A program made the position numbers and the translations under genes. A DNA stretch of 64,000 nt from Candidatus Bathyarchaeota archaeon. Its GTDB lineage: Archaea > Thermoproteota > Bathyarchaeia > Bathyarchaeales > Bathyarchaeaceae. The stretch is from positions 1-64,000 of the forward strand of contig CAVOMX010000025.1 of the NCBI GenBank assembly GCA_963697165.1, written 5' to 3'. Shown here piece after piece: positions 22,367 through 33,082 of this stretch (within the stretch, counting starts at the first letter, position 1; every line of letters starts with the position of its first letter). The notes beneath the pieces were generated by a model. The model made no database searches, had not been told where the DNA came from, and worked only from the letters and a program-made list of their open reading frames with translations.

Positions 22367-23449
22367 ATGACCAAAAAGCGAGATTACTACGAAGTTCTAA
22401 GTGTTTCCAAAGATGCGTCTAAAGAGGATGTCAAAAAAGCCTATCGGAAGCTTGCTTTGAAGTATCATCCGGACAGAAACAAGGCTCCGGAGGCTGAATC
22501 CCAGTTCAAGGAACTGTCTGAAGCCTACGCCGTGTTATCTGATGACGAAAAACGAGGCCAATACGACCAATATGGTCACGCAGGAATAAATGGCAGATAC
22601 ACTGCAGAGGACATCTTCAGGGGAGCAGACTTCGAGTCAATCTTCCGTGGTGCAGGCTTTGGTTTTGAAGACATCTTCGACGCATTATTTGGAGGAAGAG
22701 GCAATCGAAGAAACAGCCGAAAAGGGGCAGACCTCAGATACGATCTAAAAATAACCTTGGAAGATGTCGCGTTTGGACTAAAAAAAGAGGTGGAGATGCC
22801 CGGCTTTGAGTCATGCAGCACATGTGGCGGCAGTGGAGCTAAAATGGGAGCGGATTCCAAAAAATGTCCAGAATGCGATGGACAAGGTGAAATTAAGATC
22901 GTTAGAAGTTTTGGTTTTATGAGGTTTGCAGAAGTTCAATTGTGCCCAAGATGTCGCGGTAAAGGTATACCTGCCGAAAACATCTGTAACAGTTGCAAGG
23001 GTGCAGGTGCAGTGCAGAGTCTACGCAAAATCATGATAAACATTCCTGCGGGAGTTGAAGAGGGATTCAGCCTCAGGCTTGCTCAAGAGGGAGCGCCCAG
23101 TAATACTACGGGTCAAAGAGGCGACCTCTATGTTGTTTTGTATATTAAGCCCCATAAACTTTTTGTTAGAAGAGGAGGCCACATCTATTACCAAAAAAAA
23201 GTTGGCTTTCCTCAACTGGCGTTAGGAGCTAAAATTTCTGTGCCAACATTATATGGCGAAACAAAGTTGAAGATACCTGCGGGAACCCAAACTGGAACAC
23301 TGTTCAAGTTACGAAATAAGGGATTGCCTCATTTTCATGGATTTGGAAAGGGAGACCAGTTTGTTGAAGTTACTGCGGAAACGCCAACAAAACTATCACG
23401 AAAACAGAAAAAGCTCTTTGAAGAGTTGACTGAGGAGCCTAAAGATTAG
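22367..23449 (+). CDS. dnaJ: Chaperone DnaJ
   Basis: HPD J-domain, G/F region, four CxxCxGxG repeats. Confidence 0.96.
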   Translation: MTKKRDYYEVLSVSKDASKEDVKKAYRKLALKYHPDRNKAPEAESQFKELSEAYAVLSDDEKRGQYDQYGHAGINGRYTAEDIFRGADFESIFRGAGFGFEDIFDALFGGRGNRRNSRKGADLRYDLKITLEDVAFGLKKEVEMPGFESCSTCGGSGAKMGADSKKCPECDGQGEIKIVRSFGFMRFAEVQLCPRCRGKGIPAENICNSCKGAGAVQSLRKIMINIPAGVEEGFSLRLAQEGAPSNTTGQRGDLYVVLYIKPHKLFVRRGGHIYYQKKVGFPQLALGAKISVPTLYGETKLKIPAGTQTGTLFKLRNKGLPHFHGFGKGDQFVEVTAETPTKLSRKQKKLFEELTEEPKD

Positions 23450-23651
23450 GTTCTGCGTGTTTTTTGGTTTACTAAAGATTAAAATCCTTAAAAATGTAGT
23501 AGAGTCAATTTTAAATAGTATGTATAAATTATACATAATTATAATATTTACGTATTGATTGAAATATCTATAGACAAATGATCAATGAAAATGATGGTTC
23601 ATTTCCTGTGTTTGAGACTTTTCAGTCCTCCTTTATGTCTTAAGCTAATTA

Positions 23652-23672
23652 CTCCCCACAAAAAAAGGGGAG
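23652..23672. terminator. Hairpin/T-tract between convergent dnaJ and the surface-protein gene
   Basis: CTCCCC-ACAAAAAAA-GGGGAG inverted repeat; T7 tract on the - strand just after the stop at 23686. Confidence 0.4.
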
Positions 23673-23685
23673 GGAAAATTGTGGT

Positions 23686-26372
23686 TTATTTTCGCTTTCT
23701 GAGTGCCCAGAAGCTGACTGCGCCGATGATGCTTGCTACTGCAACGGCTGCAATAATGGCTACTTCGGTGGTGATCAAAGGTGTTTCAGGCGTTGGCTCT
23801 GGTGTCGAAGGTGATGGTTCAGGTGTAGGTTCAGGCGTAGGTTGGTGTTGGTTGAGGTGTAGGTTCAGGCGTAGGCTCTGGCGTAGGTTCAGGCGTAGGT
23901 TCAGGCGTAGGCTCTGGCGTGGGCGTAGGTTCAGGTGTAGGCTCAGGTTCTATTGGTCCACTTGGTGTTGAAGCTGGACCAATCACTACAGCGGTCGTAG
24001 CAGCTGAACTTCCATACGAGTTGTCACCCGCAAAAGAGGCAATAATTTCGTACGTACCCTCTTCTGGAGCTATCCACGCATGATTGAAGGCACCATAATA
24101 TCCATTGCTTGTAACTGTCCCAATGTCTATTACTGAACCGTCTTCATCGATAGCTGTCAAGGTCACTGGAACACCGGTGATAATTCCATCACCTTTTACT
24201 CCAGCTTTTGGCTGCTGCATGTATAAGTACTCCATTTGCAATGTCATCGAATCCGCAGATACACATGGTGTGCCTGGCTGACCAGGAGACTGATCCAAAC
24301 ACTGTACCTTCTATCATCAGTGCTGTTCCCTTTGGTACGCTAGTCTTTGGTGCCGAAACAGTTGTAGTACTTTCACCCTTGCCAAAAACGTACATGTAGC
24401 CGTCATACGCGTTGGATATTGTAAGGTATCCGTCGGCTATAGCACCTTGGAATACGACGAGCACCATTGCCTAATCCAGTCTGACGTGCTGAATACATCC
24501 ATATTCCTTCACCTGTAGTGACGTTAATGGCGTGAATCTTCGAACCTCGTTTTATGGGTTGATCGGGCGAGTGCTCAGCATTAAATGCATAGAGTTTCCC
24601 GTCAGCAATCATCATAGGACTGTGCCAAGTGTGCACTGTTTGGCCATCAGAACCAGTAAAGGGAGTTTCATAGGGGAATTGCGCGTCAAACTCGTATGTC
24701 CATACTATTGTTCCGTCAGTCCAGTTAAGAGCAACAACAGCGTCGGGTTGACCTGAAATTATCATGCCGCCGTATGATGTTGAACCATAAGTTCCGAAAG
24801 TTCCCCATGGCCAAGTTGATGTCTCACTTACCCATAGCTTTTGTCCTGTAGTAGTATCCCAGCAATGCCAATGTCCGTCATTGTATCGTACAGCGAATTT
24901 TCCGTGGTCGGCAATTGAAGGGGTTCCTGAAGTGCCAAAAAGTGTATCAGTTTCGATGTCAACCAGAGTTTCACCTGTTATCAGACTTGCAGTCCTTATG
25001 CGACCAGCTTCACCTCTAACAGCGATGCCGGCTTCGTAATCTTGTGACCATATAACCTACTCCATGGGAAGCTAACGTTGCTTATTACCGTAAATTCGTA
25101 ATTGATTTGAAACACGCTAAGTCGTATTGCAGCTATGGTCCACTTGACCAAACTGTAGTTACCGCCGCCAAGGTTCTGCACGGTCAAGAAGAGACGATCT
25201 GAGATGTATTCACCTGAGGTTAACGGAGCAATCGAAATATTCTGGTAAACCGCCCCAGTCCATGGGTTATATTTTATCATCCTGCCGTTGCCTGTATACC
25301 CGAGAAAAACATCTGCAAAATAGGGTTCTGCCCCAACAACTTCTGCAGAGCCAGGGTCATACCAAATGAAAGTCGGTAGTTGAGTCGCCTGGTTTTTTTC
25401 CCAATACACTTCTCCGGTTCGCAGGTCGTAGCATTGCCAAACGGTAGTAGGTTGTCCATCAACGTATTTTACAATGTCCTGATAACATCTTCCAGCGAAG
25501 ATAATGTCGGGATGGCCGTTAATCAATTTATTTCCTTCCCAGAAACTTTGATATCCCATTGTACCTCCTACGAGACCACCCAAGGCAAATTGTCGTCTCC
25601 ATACTACGTGGGCAGTGTTTGGTCCTTGAACATACGGAACGAAACCATAACGATTTTGGGCGTATGCATTTGTGTTAGCTGGCCAGTAAGGCGGAGGACC
25701 CCCTCCCACTATACCAGTGGCAGGATAGTTTCCTAGAATTGGCCACCACTCTCGGTGTTCAGGCGAAACGGGTCGTGTCCAATAATCGGTTGGCAGTGGA
25801 GACTCAGGCCATGAGTAAACTATGTCTTCTTGAACCTCAAGCTCGTATGGTCCATCAGAACTTGGCATATAGTAACGGTTGTCTGCTTGGTTTGAACCTG
25901 TTGAATTTGTTACTATGTAACCATTATAGTATCTTCCTGCCGGGAAATACATCCCCAGAAAGTTAAACTGTAATGTCCAAGTACCGACCTGATCAACAAC
26001 ATACTCAAACCATGCTGTTGAGTCAGATATGTAGGAATCCACTGTAATGATATCTATGGTTCCGTCGGGTTTAGTGATTGTTACACTATGTGCTTGAATA
26101 AACTTTTGGCTGGCAGAAAGCACTTCAGTTTGTATCCACATGTTAACTAAAATTGGCTGTCCGACTCCTACGGGATCTGGCCTAAAGCTAAGGTATGAAA
26201 TTGTTTCAATTAATCTATCAGGTGTCACTCCTATCGGTATTGGTCCAGCAACGGGTTGTTCATCAGCAATTTGAGCCTGCACTGTATTGTTCGTCATTAG
26301 CATAAAAGTAGATAATGTCAAAATTACCATAATAATTATTGCAGTCATTTTAGTTTTGTTTATTGTTTTCAT
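23686..26372 (-). CDS. Secreted PQQ-like beta-propeller cell-surface protein with Pro/Thr linker and C-terminal TM anchor; about four frameshifts
   Basis: Signal peptide; propeller motifs CYDLRTGEVYW, CWDTTTGQKLW, AINVTTGEGIW; PEPT repeats; anchor ITTEVAIIAAVAVASIIGAVSFWALRKRK; shifts near 25050, 24455, 24298 and 23845. Confidence 0.82.
23787..23952 (-). repeat. 12-bp tandem repeat encoding a (PEPT)n linker
   Basis: Repeated GGTTCAGGCGTA / GGCTCTGGCGTA units on the + strand. Confidence 0.9.
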
Positions 26373-26596
26373 TAGTTTTTTTCCTCATTTTAGGAGATTG
26401 ACTTTCTGGCGTCTACTTTAAGTAATTTTGCTAATACCGTGAATAACAATCGGTAATTTATTAAAAGGAAATAAAAAAAGAGCTAAGTCGTTTTCTGAGA
26501 TGTAAACGATTGAAAAGGATATAGTTCTAGTTTTCGTGTGGGCTGTCTATTTTGAAATAAATTTCTGCGTGCGCTCGTTTTATTAATAACTATCTT

Positions 26597-26824
26597 TTAA
26601 TTTACGACACGTAGTGTCAGAGTAGATAATATATGTTTCAATATTCGGATGTTTAGAATAGTGGTCTTAAGCTCTTCAGTAGTTACAGCTTTAACTTCTG
26701 CGATAATATCGTAAACTCCATAAACCATGTAAGCATCTTTAACTCCCTGAATTTCTCTAATCTTTTCTAGGACTGCTTCCATTTTATCGGGCACAGTATT
26801 AATCATCACATAAGCTACTGACAT
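26597..26824 (-). CDS. Stand-alone Lrp/AsnC ligand-binding domain protein
   Basis: AYVMIN, YMVYGVYDIIAEV, STLTL; no HTH. Confidence 0.88.
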   Translation of the reverse strand: MSVAYVMINTVPDKMEAVLEKIREIQGVKDAYMVYGVYDIIAEVKAVTTEELKTTILNIRILKHILSTLTLRVVN

Positions 26825-26876
26825 AACATTTCCCAAAATCAATATTGTTTGAAGCTACTTAAAAAGTAGCAAAAAC

Positions 26877-27014
26877 TCATCTTCTATCTTTTTGCCTTTG
26901 TAATCTGTCAAGCTTCTGCTGTTTACGTTTCATCTCACGATTTTTCTTCGTACTAGGTTGAGCTTTCTCTTTTCCCCCTTTTTCTCCTCCTCTCAACTGC
27001 CTGTCTTTTCCCAA
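26877..27014 (-). CDS. Small very basic hypothetical protein (45 aa)
   Basis: Not in the ORF track. TTG start after GAGGTG; MGKDRQLRGGEKGGKEKAQPSTKKNREMKRKQQKLDRLQRQKDRR. Confidence 0.6.
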   Translation of the reverse strand: MGKDRQLRGGEKGGKEKAQPSTKKNREMKRKQQKLDRLQRQKDRR

Positions 27015-27199
27015 ATGCGCCACCTCAGTCAATCAAGTATTTGCTCATTAAATTATCCTTAAGAATATAGTGAGATATTTCTAGAAATATTTTTTGTTGG
27101 CGCAAACTATTCAATAAGATAGGCGCGTATAAGATGTTTAAATTATTAGTTGGCTAAAGATTAAAATCTTAAGACATTATGATAAGCTGATAGTAAGTA

Positions 27200-27781
27200 T
27201 TGAGGGTTTTAGAATTGGACAAATCGGAACTTGAGGTAGAGAAGAGCCCAGAAATTGAAATGCCTATCGGCGCTTCTCTGAAAGAAACAGAGGTCACTGT
27301 CTCTTCACAGGAGGGAATAGAAGAATTTTCGTCAAAAGGCTACGGCATCACTGAAGACAACAAGCTGCGCCTCACGTTCCATGAAACCCTGTTTCTTCTC
27401 GGCAAAGGAGCCATAGAAGTCAAAGACGAAAAAACAGGAAAGAAACTGATTTTTCAGGAACTACTCAAACGTTTCCAGTCCGTTGATAAAGACGCCTGGG
27501 TCAGATATCTTATTTACCGGGACCTGAGGAGCCGCGGATACGTGGCACGGGAAGGCTTCGGTCTGGGAATCGATTTTCGAGTCTATGAGCGTGGAGATTA
27601 CGGCAAAGGAACTGCCAAGCACCTCATTTTTGGCATACAGGAGGGGCAGCCTGTCTCCGTGGAGAAGCTGGCAAGAACTCAGCAGTATGTTCAGAACTTG
27701 AAGAAAAACTTGATTCTTGCGGTTATAAACCGTAGAGGCGAAATCGTTTACTATTCTCTTTCAGAGCTTAACCTAAAATAG
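27200..27781 (+). CDS. endA: tRNA-intron endonuclease subunit, probably the structural (non-catalytic) beta subunit
   Basis: YLIYRDLRSRGY...DFRVYERG fold motif; expected catalytic Tyr (GxKYG becomes GFGLG) and His positions are not conserved. Confidence 0.85.
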   Translation: MRVLELDKSELEVEKSPEIEMPIGASLKETEVTVSSQEGIEEFSSKGYGITEDNKLRLTFHETLFLLGKGAIEVKDEKTGKKLIFQELLKRFQSVDKDAWVRYLIYRDLRSRGYVAREGFGLGIDFRVYERGDYGKGTAKHLIFGIQEGQPVSVEKLARTQQYVQNLKKNLILAVINRRGEIVYYSLSELNLK

Positions 27782-27799
27782 CATGTTGGTGAGGGTGTA

Positions 27800-29092
27800 G
27801 TGTTCAAGACTGTTCGCGGAATGAGAGACCTTTTGCCCGTAGACGCTGAGAGAATGCGGCATGTCGAGCAGGTTTCTAGGACAATTTCTAAGTTGTATGG
27901 CTATGAGGAGATAATTACTCCAGTTTTGGAATCGTATGAGCTTTTGGCGGCTAAAACCAGCGAAGAAATCCGTGAACGAATGTACACCTTCAAGGACTTG
28001 GGGGACAGAAAGGTGGCTATGCGTCCAGAATTCACAGCATCTGTTGCCCGCTTGGTGGTTAACAAACTGAAAAATGAGCCGAAACCCATGCGGCTCTTTA
28101 GTGTAGGAAGTCTCTACCGCTACGACGAGCCACAGTATGGCAGGTTCAGAGAGTTTTGGCAATCAAACTACGAACTTTTCGGCTCAGAAAGACCAGAAGC
28201 AGACGCAGAAATCCTGATTCTCACAAACAATATTCTCAAGAAGCTGGGACTAAAGAATTATTGCTTCAAGATTGGGCACACAGGAATCCTCAGGGGAATA
28301 TTGACTCAGGAGGGACTGGATGACGAAAAACAGAATAGTGTCAGGCAGCTGCTGGACAAGAAACTTTGGGCTGACGCTCTTGAGGTTGCGCGTGAAGCAG
28401 GAGTTTCACAAAATGGTTTAGTGACTCTGGAGAGTCTCTTTGAAACAAAAGGTGAAGACATCTTTCAGGTCCTATCACAAATCAGAGACCGCATTCAAGG
28501 GTATGCGAGTGCTCTTGCTGCTGTAGATAATCTCTGGAGAATACTTGAGCTAATAAAAGACAGTGGAGAAGAACTAGAGGTAGTAGTGGAAGCGGGTTTC
28601 GCTAGGGGACTAGAATACTATACTGGAATGATTTTTGAGTCGTATGTTCCGGGGATCGATATTGCCTTAGGCGGAGGAGGACGCTACGACAAGCTGATTG
28701 AGCTCTTTGGAGGTGAACCTATTTCTGCAGTGGGAGTTGCCCAAGGAATCGACCGAATCGTTTTGGCGCTAACGAAACAGAATGTTGCCCAAGAAACAGC
28801 AAACGAGAATAGTGTTGCGGTCATCTCTGTAAAGGATGACTGTATGGCAAAGGTGCTGGAACTTTCTGCTACGCTTAGGAACTTGGGGTTACATGTGGAA
28901 GTTGCGGTTATGGGACGTTCCATCTCAAGGGCTTTAACTGATGCCAACAGAAGGGGCGTCGCCTACGCGGTTATTGTTGGTCCCAATGAGCTTAAGGAAG
29001 AGAAAGTGGTTCTGCGGGAGATGAAGAAGAGCACGCAACGAACTGTTCCAATCAGCGGTCTAGCTCAAGAGATTTTGGCGGGCTCGTCGTAG
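27800..29092 (+). CDS. hisS: Histidine--tRNA ligase
   Basis: RGMRD, RPEFTAS, YRYDEPQYGRFREF, RGLEYYTG, GGGRYD. Confidence 0.97.
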   Translation: MFKTVRGMRDLLPVDAERMRHVEQVSRTISKLYGYEEIITPVLESYELLAAKTSEEIRERMYTFKDLGDRKVAMRPEFTASVARLVVNKLKNEPKPMRLFSVGSLYRYDEPQYGRFREFWQSNYELFGSERPEADAEILILTNNILKKLGLKNYCFKIGHTGILRGILTQEGLDDEKQNSVRQLLDKKLWADALEVAREAGVSQNGLVTLESLFETKGEDIFQVLSQIRDRIQGYASALAAVDNLWRILELIKDSGEELEVVVEAGFARGLEYYTGMIFESYVPGIDIALGGGGRYDKLIELFGGEPISAVGVAQGIDRIVLALTKQNVAQETANENSVAVISVKDDCMAKVLELSATLRNLGLHVEVAVMGRSISRALTDANRRGVAYAVIVGPNELKEEKVVLREMKKSTQRTVPISGLAQEILAGSS

Positions 29093-30149
29093 TTTGGTCT
29101 TGCCTGTTTTTGCCTCTCTCTTTGATGGCTCTGGTTAGTTTAAGGGTACCTAAGGTTGTTATTGTTAGCCAGCCTAAAATTCCGAGAATGAGACTGAATA
29201 GAGTTACTGCGGTGGCGAAGGATGCTAATGTGGGGTATAATTCTGATAGTAAACTGAAGGTGTTGGTGTAGGCGTTGAAGAACCAGTGCATGATTATTGA
29301 TGCTTGGGCGCCGTAGAGCAGGTAACTTAAGCCTATAGCTAGTCCCGCGATTGTAGCGGAGGTGATTTTTCCGATTTCCCAACTGACTCCGGGGTTGAAG
29401 TGAGCCAAACCGAAGATTACTGATGTTAAAATGAGTGTGCCCCACTCGCCTATACTGATTCCTCTTTTTATTCCATGCTCGTTAACCGTTTTGGCCCCAA
29501 CAATTCTTTTGGCGCTGTCAGGAAACAGGAATGACACAAAAAGCAGTTTTACAGAAAACTGTGTTGTATTCTTTTTGATTATTAACAGGTAAATGAGTAG
29601 GAAGGCTCCGATTGGAATGATTCTGAAAACCACTTCTTCAACCACGGCAGCGTATGATAGGTCTAGGAAGTCCCAGAAGGGTTCTCCTGGCAAAGGGGAT
29701 GTTCCTGTTGGGATTCCTCCTGCTTCTTGGAGGCTTTGTAGGGATATTACAGCGAGTAATGTCATGCTGTTTAGGATGGGCATAGCAAAGAGGCAACTGT
29801 TGAAAAGTTTTCCTATGGGTCGAACAGTACTTTCTTTGATTACTTTGTGGAAGTTTTCTCTGAATTTCCAAGCTGCAACGAAGCACAGAGTGAAGGTGCT
29901 CCAGAGAACAAAAAAGAGTATGCCTATGCTTAGTCCTATTGGAACGAATATGGTTTGGTTGAAGAACCATACGGGCAGAGCTGACAGGCGAAGGATGCTG
30001 GTGCTTAGTCCTTCTGGAGTGAAATAGAACAATGCTGGCCCCAACACGATTGCGAGGAGATACAGGAAAACCGTGAAGATCACTGTGATTACGAGAAACA
30101 GTTTGGCAAACATTTTCAATGCTTCTGACATCATTGGCGGCTGCTCCAC
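29052..30149 (-). CDS. CPBP (CAAX/Abi) family intramembrane metalloprotease
   Basis: EEVVFR, FGLAH, HWFFN motifs; multiple TM helices. Confidence 0.88.
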   Translation of the reverse strand: MEQPPMMSEALKMFAKLFLVITVIFTVFLYLLAIVLGPALFYFTPEGLSTSILRLSALPVWFFNQTIFVPIGLSIGILFFVLWSTFTLCFVAAWKFRENFHKVIKESTVRPIGKLFNSCLFAMPILNSMTLLAVISLQSLQEAGGIPTGTSPLPGEPFWDFLDLSYAAVVEEVVFRIIPIGAFLLIYLLIIKKNTTQFSVKLLFVSFLFPDSAKRIVGAKTVNEHGIKRGISIGEWGTLILTSVIFGLAHFNPGVSWEIGKITSATIAGLAIGLSYLLYGAQASIIMHWFFNAYTNTFSLLSELYPTLASFATAVTLFSLILGILGWLTITTLGTLKLTRAIKERGKNRQDQTTTSPPKSLELDR

Positions 30150-30561
30150 GCGCGTATATTAAACAGCTAAACAGTAATTAACTTATTCAAACAGTCCAGA
30201 GAATCAAACGGAACTATTTCAGAACATCAAGGAAGGAATTCAAATTTCTTAATTCTGGTCTTGCACTTAAAAAGCTAGATAATCAGGCAGTTTTCCACAA
30301 CATTAGGCCGATGAGGCAAATTCATCCGAACAAACATACACAAACAACAAAACACAAACAGAAGACTCGCTCCACCCAAACCAACCCCAAAAATAGAACA
30401 CCAACAAAAGAAGGCGAAAGTGGCTGGAGACACGCCAAACAACTCTAAACCATTCTTCAACAAAACCAAGTTCTCCAACATCTTCTTCCAAACAGAACTA
30501 ATTTTCATTCATACCACACAAAAAACAATTCTCAACCAACCACCAAAAAGCCAGTTATGGA

Positions 30562-30707
30562 TGGCGGGCGGGACGGGACTCGAACCCGTGACCCCGAGCT
30601 CACTCCCTTTTCCCGGTTAGGAGGCTTACACCGACATTTTAGGTCGTTCGTGCCCTATCCAAGCTAGGCTTCGGTAGAAAGCTGAAATGCGCTCTCTATA
30701 CCCGCCC
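30562..30707 (-). tRNA. tRNA-Arg(CCT) with three introns (9/10: 30670-30698; 29/30: 30626-30647; 37/38: 30601-30617)
   Basis: Removing the three inserts gives a fully paired 78-nt cloverleaf GGGCGGG UA GCCU AGCUUGGAUA GGGC A CGAGC CU CCU AA GCUCG GGGUC ACGGG UUCGAGU CCCGU CCCGCCC G CCA; each junction folds as a BHB. Confidence 0.9.
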
Positions 30708-30918
30708 AGTGTTTTCCCGCCAAACTATGTCTTACATATTGACTTTTATAACCATAACGCCAAAAGAAAAGCAGCAAAAACAACCATCGAGTTACGTTGT
30801 GGCTCCAAAAACAAAACAAATTCACTCAAAAGAGGAAACGCCAACGACTAGAGAATGCGTAACTATCTCTCTTGTCGGGTAACATTTATGTCGAAGTTGC
30901 GGTGTGAATATGGAGGTG

Positions 30919-31036
30919 GCGGGGGTACCCGAGCCAGGTCTAATTAGCGGGTCAAATAGATCCCCTAGGAAAAGGGGGAGGACTTAAGATCCTCTGGCGC
31001 AGGCCTCCACGGGTTCAAATCCCGTCCCCCGCACCA
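30919..31036 (+). tRNA. tRNA-Leu(TAA) with a ~30-nt D-arm intron (about 30944-30973)
   Basis: GCGGGGG/CCCCCGC acceptor, GAGGA CT TAA GA TCCTC anticodon arm, long variable arm, A73, CCA; the insert forms hairpin TAGCGGGTC/GATCCCCTA. Confidence 0.92.
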
Positions 31037-31269
31037 GCGGATTTCTTGGCTAATGGTATTTTTTGATAAAAATTTTAGTCAAATAACCTTAATTGTCTAC
31101 ATTTCCTATTCTGAACTGATTAAGCATGGATATTGATTTTTCTCTCCATAAAATTTTAAAGGATTCAACCAGACGAGAGATTCTCTTACGTTTCGTCTGA
31201 AGTGCCCCGCTAACTTGCATGGAACGTATGGACCTCAAAAAAATCAAGAACACTGGCAGATTATGAGAG

Positions 31270-31346
31270 TGGCGCCGCCGGAAGGACTCGAACCTTCGAC
31301 CCACGAGTTAACAGCCCGTTGCTCTACCGAACTGAGCTACGGCGGC
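31270..31346 (-). tRNA. tRNA-Asn(GTT)
   Basis: GCCGCCG acceptor, ACGGG CT GTT AA CTCGT, TTCGAGT, encoded CCA. Confidence 0.96.
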
Positions 31347-31508
31347 TCAATCAACAAATTGAGTGATGACGCTATTCTGAGAATTTGTGGCGCTATTTAA
31401 GTTTAATCGACCAAACAGCAGCCTAGCCAATTCACAGTCCAGAATAACAAGGAATCGAGTATAGAATAGAATAAATTCTGCCCCGAAAAATACAGTTACA
31501 GAGCATAG

Positions 31509-31793
31509 ATGAAAGTCGAAGTTAAGTTTTTCACTTCTCTGCGGGAAATAACAGGCAAGAAAGTGGACGAAATCCAGCTGCAGAACACAGTCACCGTCAA
31601 TGAACTTGTTACGTTGCTCTCTGAAAAATACGGCAAAAACTTCAGAGAATACATCTACAACAAGAAGGGAGACGTGCAGGAATTCCTCTCATTTCTCGTA
31701 AACGGCAAAAACATAAACATCATGCAAGGATTCGACACAAAACTACAAGAAGGCAATGTTGTTGCGATTCTTCCTCCAATAGGCGGAGGCTAA
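31509..31793 (+). CDS. MoaD/ThiS family ubiquitin-like protein (SAMP-like)
   Basis: VKFFTSLREITG...VAILPPIGGG with C-terminal diglycine. Confidence 0.92.
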   Translation: MKVEVKFFTSLREITGKKVDEIQLQNTVTVNELVTLLSEKYGKNFREYIYNKKGDVQEFLSFLVNGKNINIMQGFDTKLQEGNVVAILPPIGGG

Positions 31794-31795
31794 CT

Positions 31796-33082
31796 TCACG
31801 CTATTTCGGCTTCAAGATATGTAGAGAAGACATTAACAACCCGAACCTGAACAAACCTGCCCAACAAACGCTCACGGGTCTTAACTACAACAGGCTTGTA
31901 AGCAAAGTTTCTTCCCATCCAAGACTCACCTTTACCTTTCTCATCAAACAAAACTGTTCCCTGCCAGCCCAGCCACGCCCTGTTCTTCTCAAAAGAAATC
32001 CGCTTAGACAATTCTGCCAGCTCCCTACTCCTTCGGTTCAGCTCTCTTGGAGGAATGGGAAGCAGCTTCTCTGCGGGAGTACGCGGTCTAGAAAAGAATT
32101 TTGACACATTAACAATGTCAGGCTTAATCTCAGCTATAAGCCTCTTTGTCTGGTCAAAAGCTTCTTTGCTCTCTCCGGGAAAACCGCAAATAACATCCGT
32201 CGAAAGTGTTAACCTTGGAATCTCTTCCCTGAAAATCTGAACAACATTCGTGAACTCCTCTACAGTGTAACGCCGATTCATTAGCCTAAGAACCTTATCG
32301 TCGCCGCTTTGGACAGGCAGATGTAGAAACTTGAAAACCTTCTTGCATTTGTATGCTTCAACGAGTTCATCAAGCATACCCAACACATGATCAGGATTCA
32401 TCATCCCTAAACGAACAAAAAAGTCGCCTTCAACATCACAGACTCTCCCCAACAAATCCACAAGGCTACTGCCGATGTCTTTCCCGTAACATGCCGTATC
32501 CTGAGAAGTCAACCAAAACTCCTTAACTCCAGAAACCAAATCCCGCCTCACCCGCTCAACAATTTCGTGAACAGGATTACTTCTCAGATGTCCCCTAGCA
32601 AAATGAACACAACAATAAGAACAGTCGCCTAAACAGCCATAATTGATTGGAACAACGCTTACAAGAGGATTAACAGGAACCCGTGGAAGATACAAATCAG
32701 AACTTGAAGTGGCTCCCAAAGAAATAACATTCTCTCCAGCAGCCACATGACCCAAAACGTCAACGATTTTGGCGCCCGGCGCTGGACCCGTTATCCCATC
32801 AAACTCGACCTCGTTCTCTAAGCGCTCAAAATTTATCACAGGCAAACAACCCGTCACTATTAGTCGCTTGTCTTTTGGCGCCTTTCGTAAAATGTCTACG
32901 ATACGGTTTTCTGTTTGAGATTTAACCGCGCACGTGTTGTAAACCAAGAATTCTGCGTCTTTAGGATTCTTAACGACCTCAAATCCAGCCTCTGAAAGAC
33001 ATCCTGCTATGACTTCCCCATCCGCAAGATTTGCTGAACACCCGAAACTCTTAATGTAAACCCGTTTAGACTTTTCAACCAT
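31796..33082 (-). CDS. tRNA t6A37 methylthiotransferase (archaeal MiaB-like / e-MtaB)
   Basis: UPF0004 (GCSAN, NTCAVK, TGC), radical SAM CLGDCSYC, HLPVQSG, TRAM domain. Confidence 0.92.
   Translation of the reverse strand: MVEKSKRVYIKSFGCSANLADGEVIAGCLSEAGFEVVKNPKDAEFLVYNTCAVKSQTENRIVDILRKAPKDKRLIVTGCLPVINFERLENEVEFDGITGPAPGAKIVDVLGHVAAGENVISLGATSSSDLYLPRVPVNPLVSVVPINYGCLGDCSYCCVHFARGHLRSNPVHEIVERVRRDLVSGVKEFWLTSQDTACYGKDIGSSLVDLLGRVCDVEGDFFVRLGMMNPDHVLGMLDELVEAYKCKKVFKFLHLPVQSGDDKVLRLMNRRYTVEEFTNVVQIFREEIPRLTLSTDVICGFPGESKEAFDQTKRLIAEIKPDIVNVSKFFSRPRTPAEKLLPIPPRELNRRSRELAELSKRISFEKNRAWLGWQGTVLFDEKGKGESWMGRNFAYKPVVVKTRERLLGRFVQVRVVNVFSTYLEAEIA

Noticed and set aside
23787..23952. Tandem repeat as a possible CRISPR array, and Arg-rich ORF 23585-23971
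   Set aside because: Contiguous 12-bp units without spacers encoding a PEPT linker; the Arg-rich ORF is its antisense shadow. No CRISPR array or cas gene was seen in the window.
30275..30550. A/C-rich low-complexity tract with short ORFs
   Set aside because: No periodic repeat unit; the ORFs are explained by compositional bias.
31509..33082. Functional link between the SAMP-like gene and the methylthiotransferase
   Set aside because: The genes are convergent, and radical-SAM methylthiotransferases are not known to use ubiquitin-like sulfur carriers.
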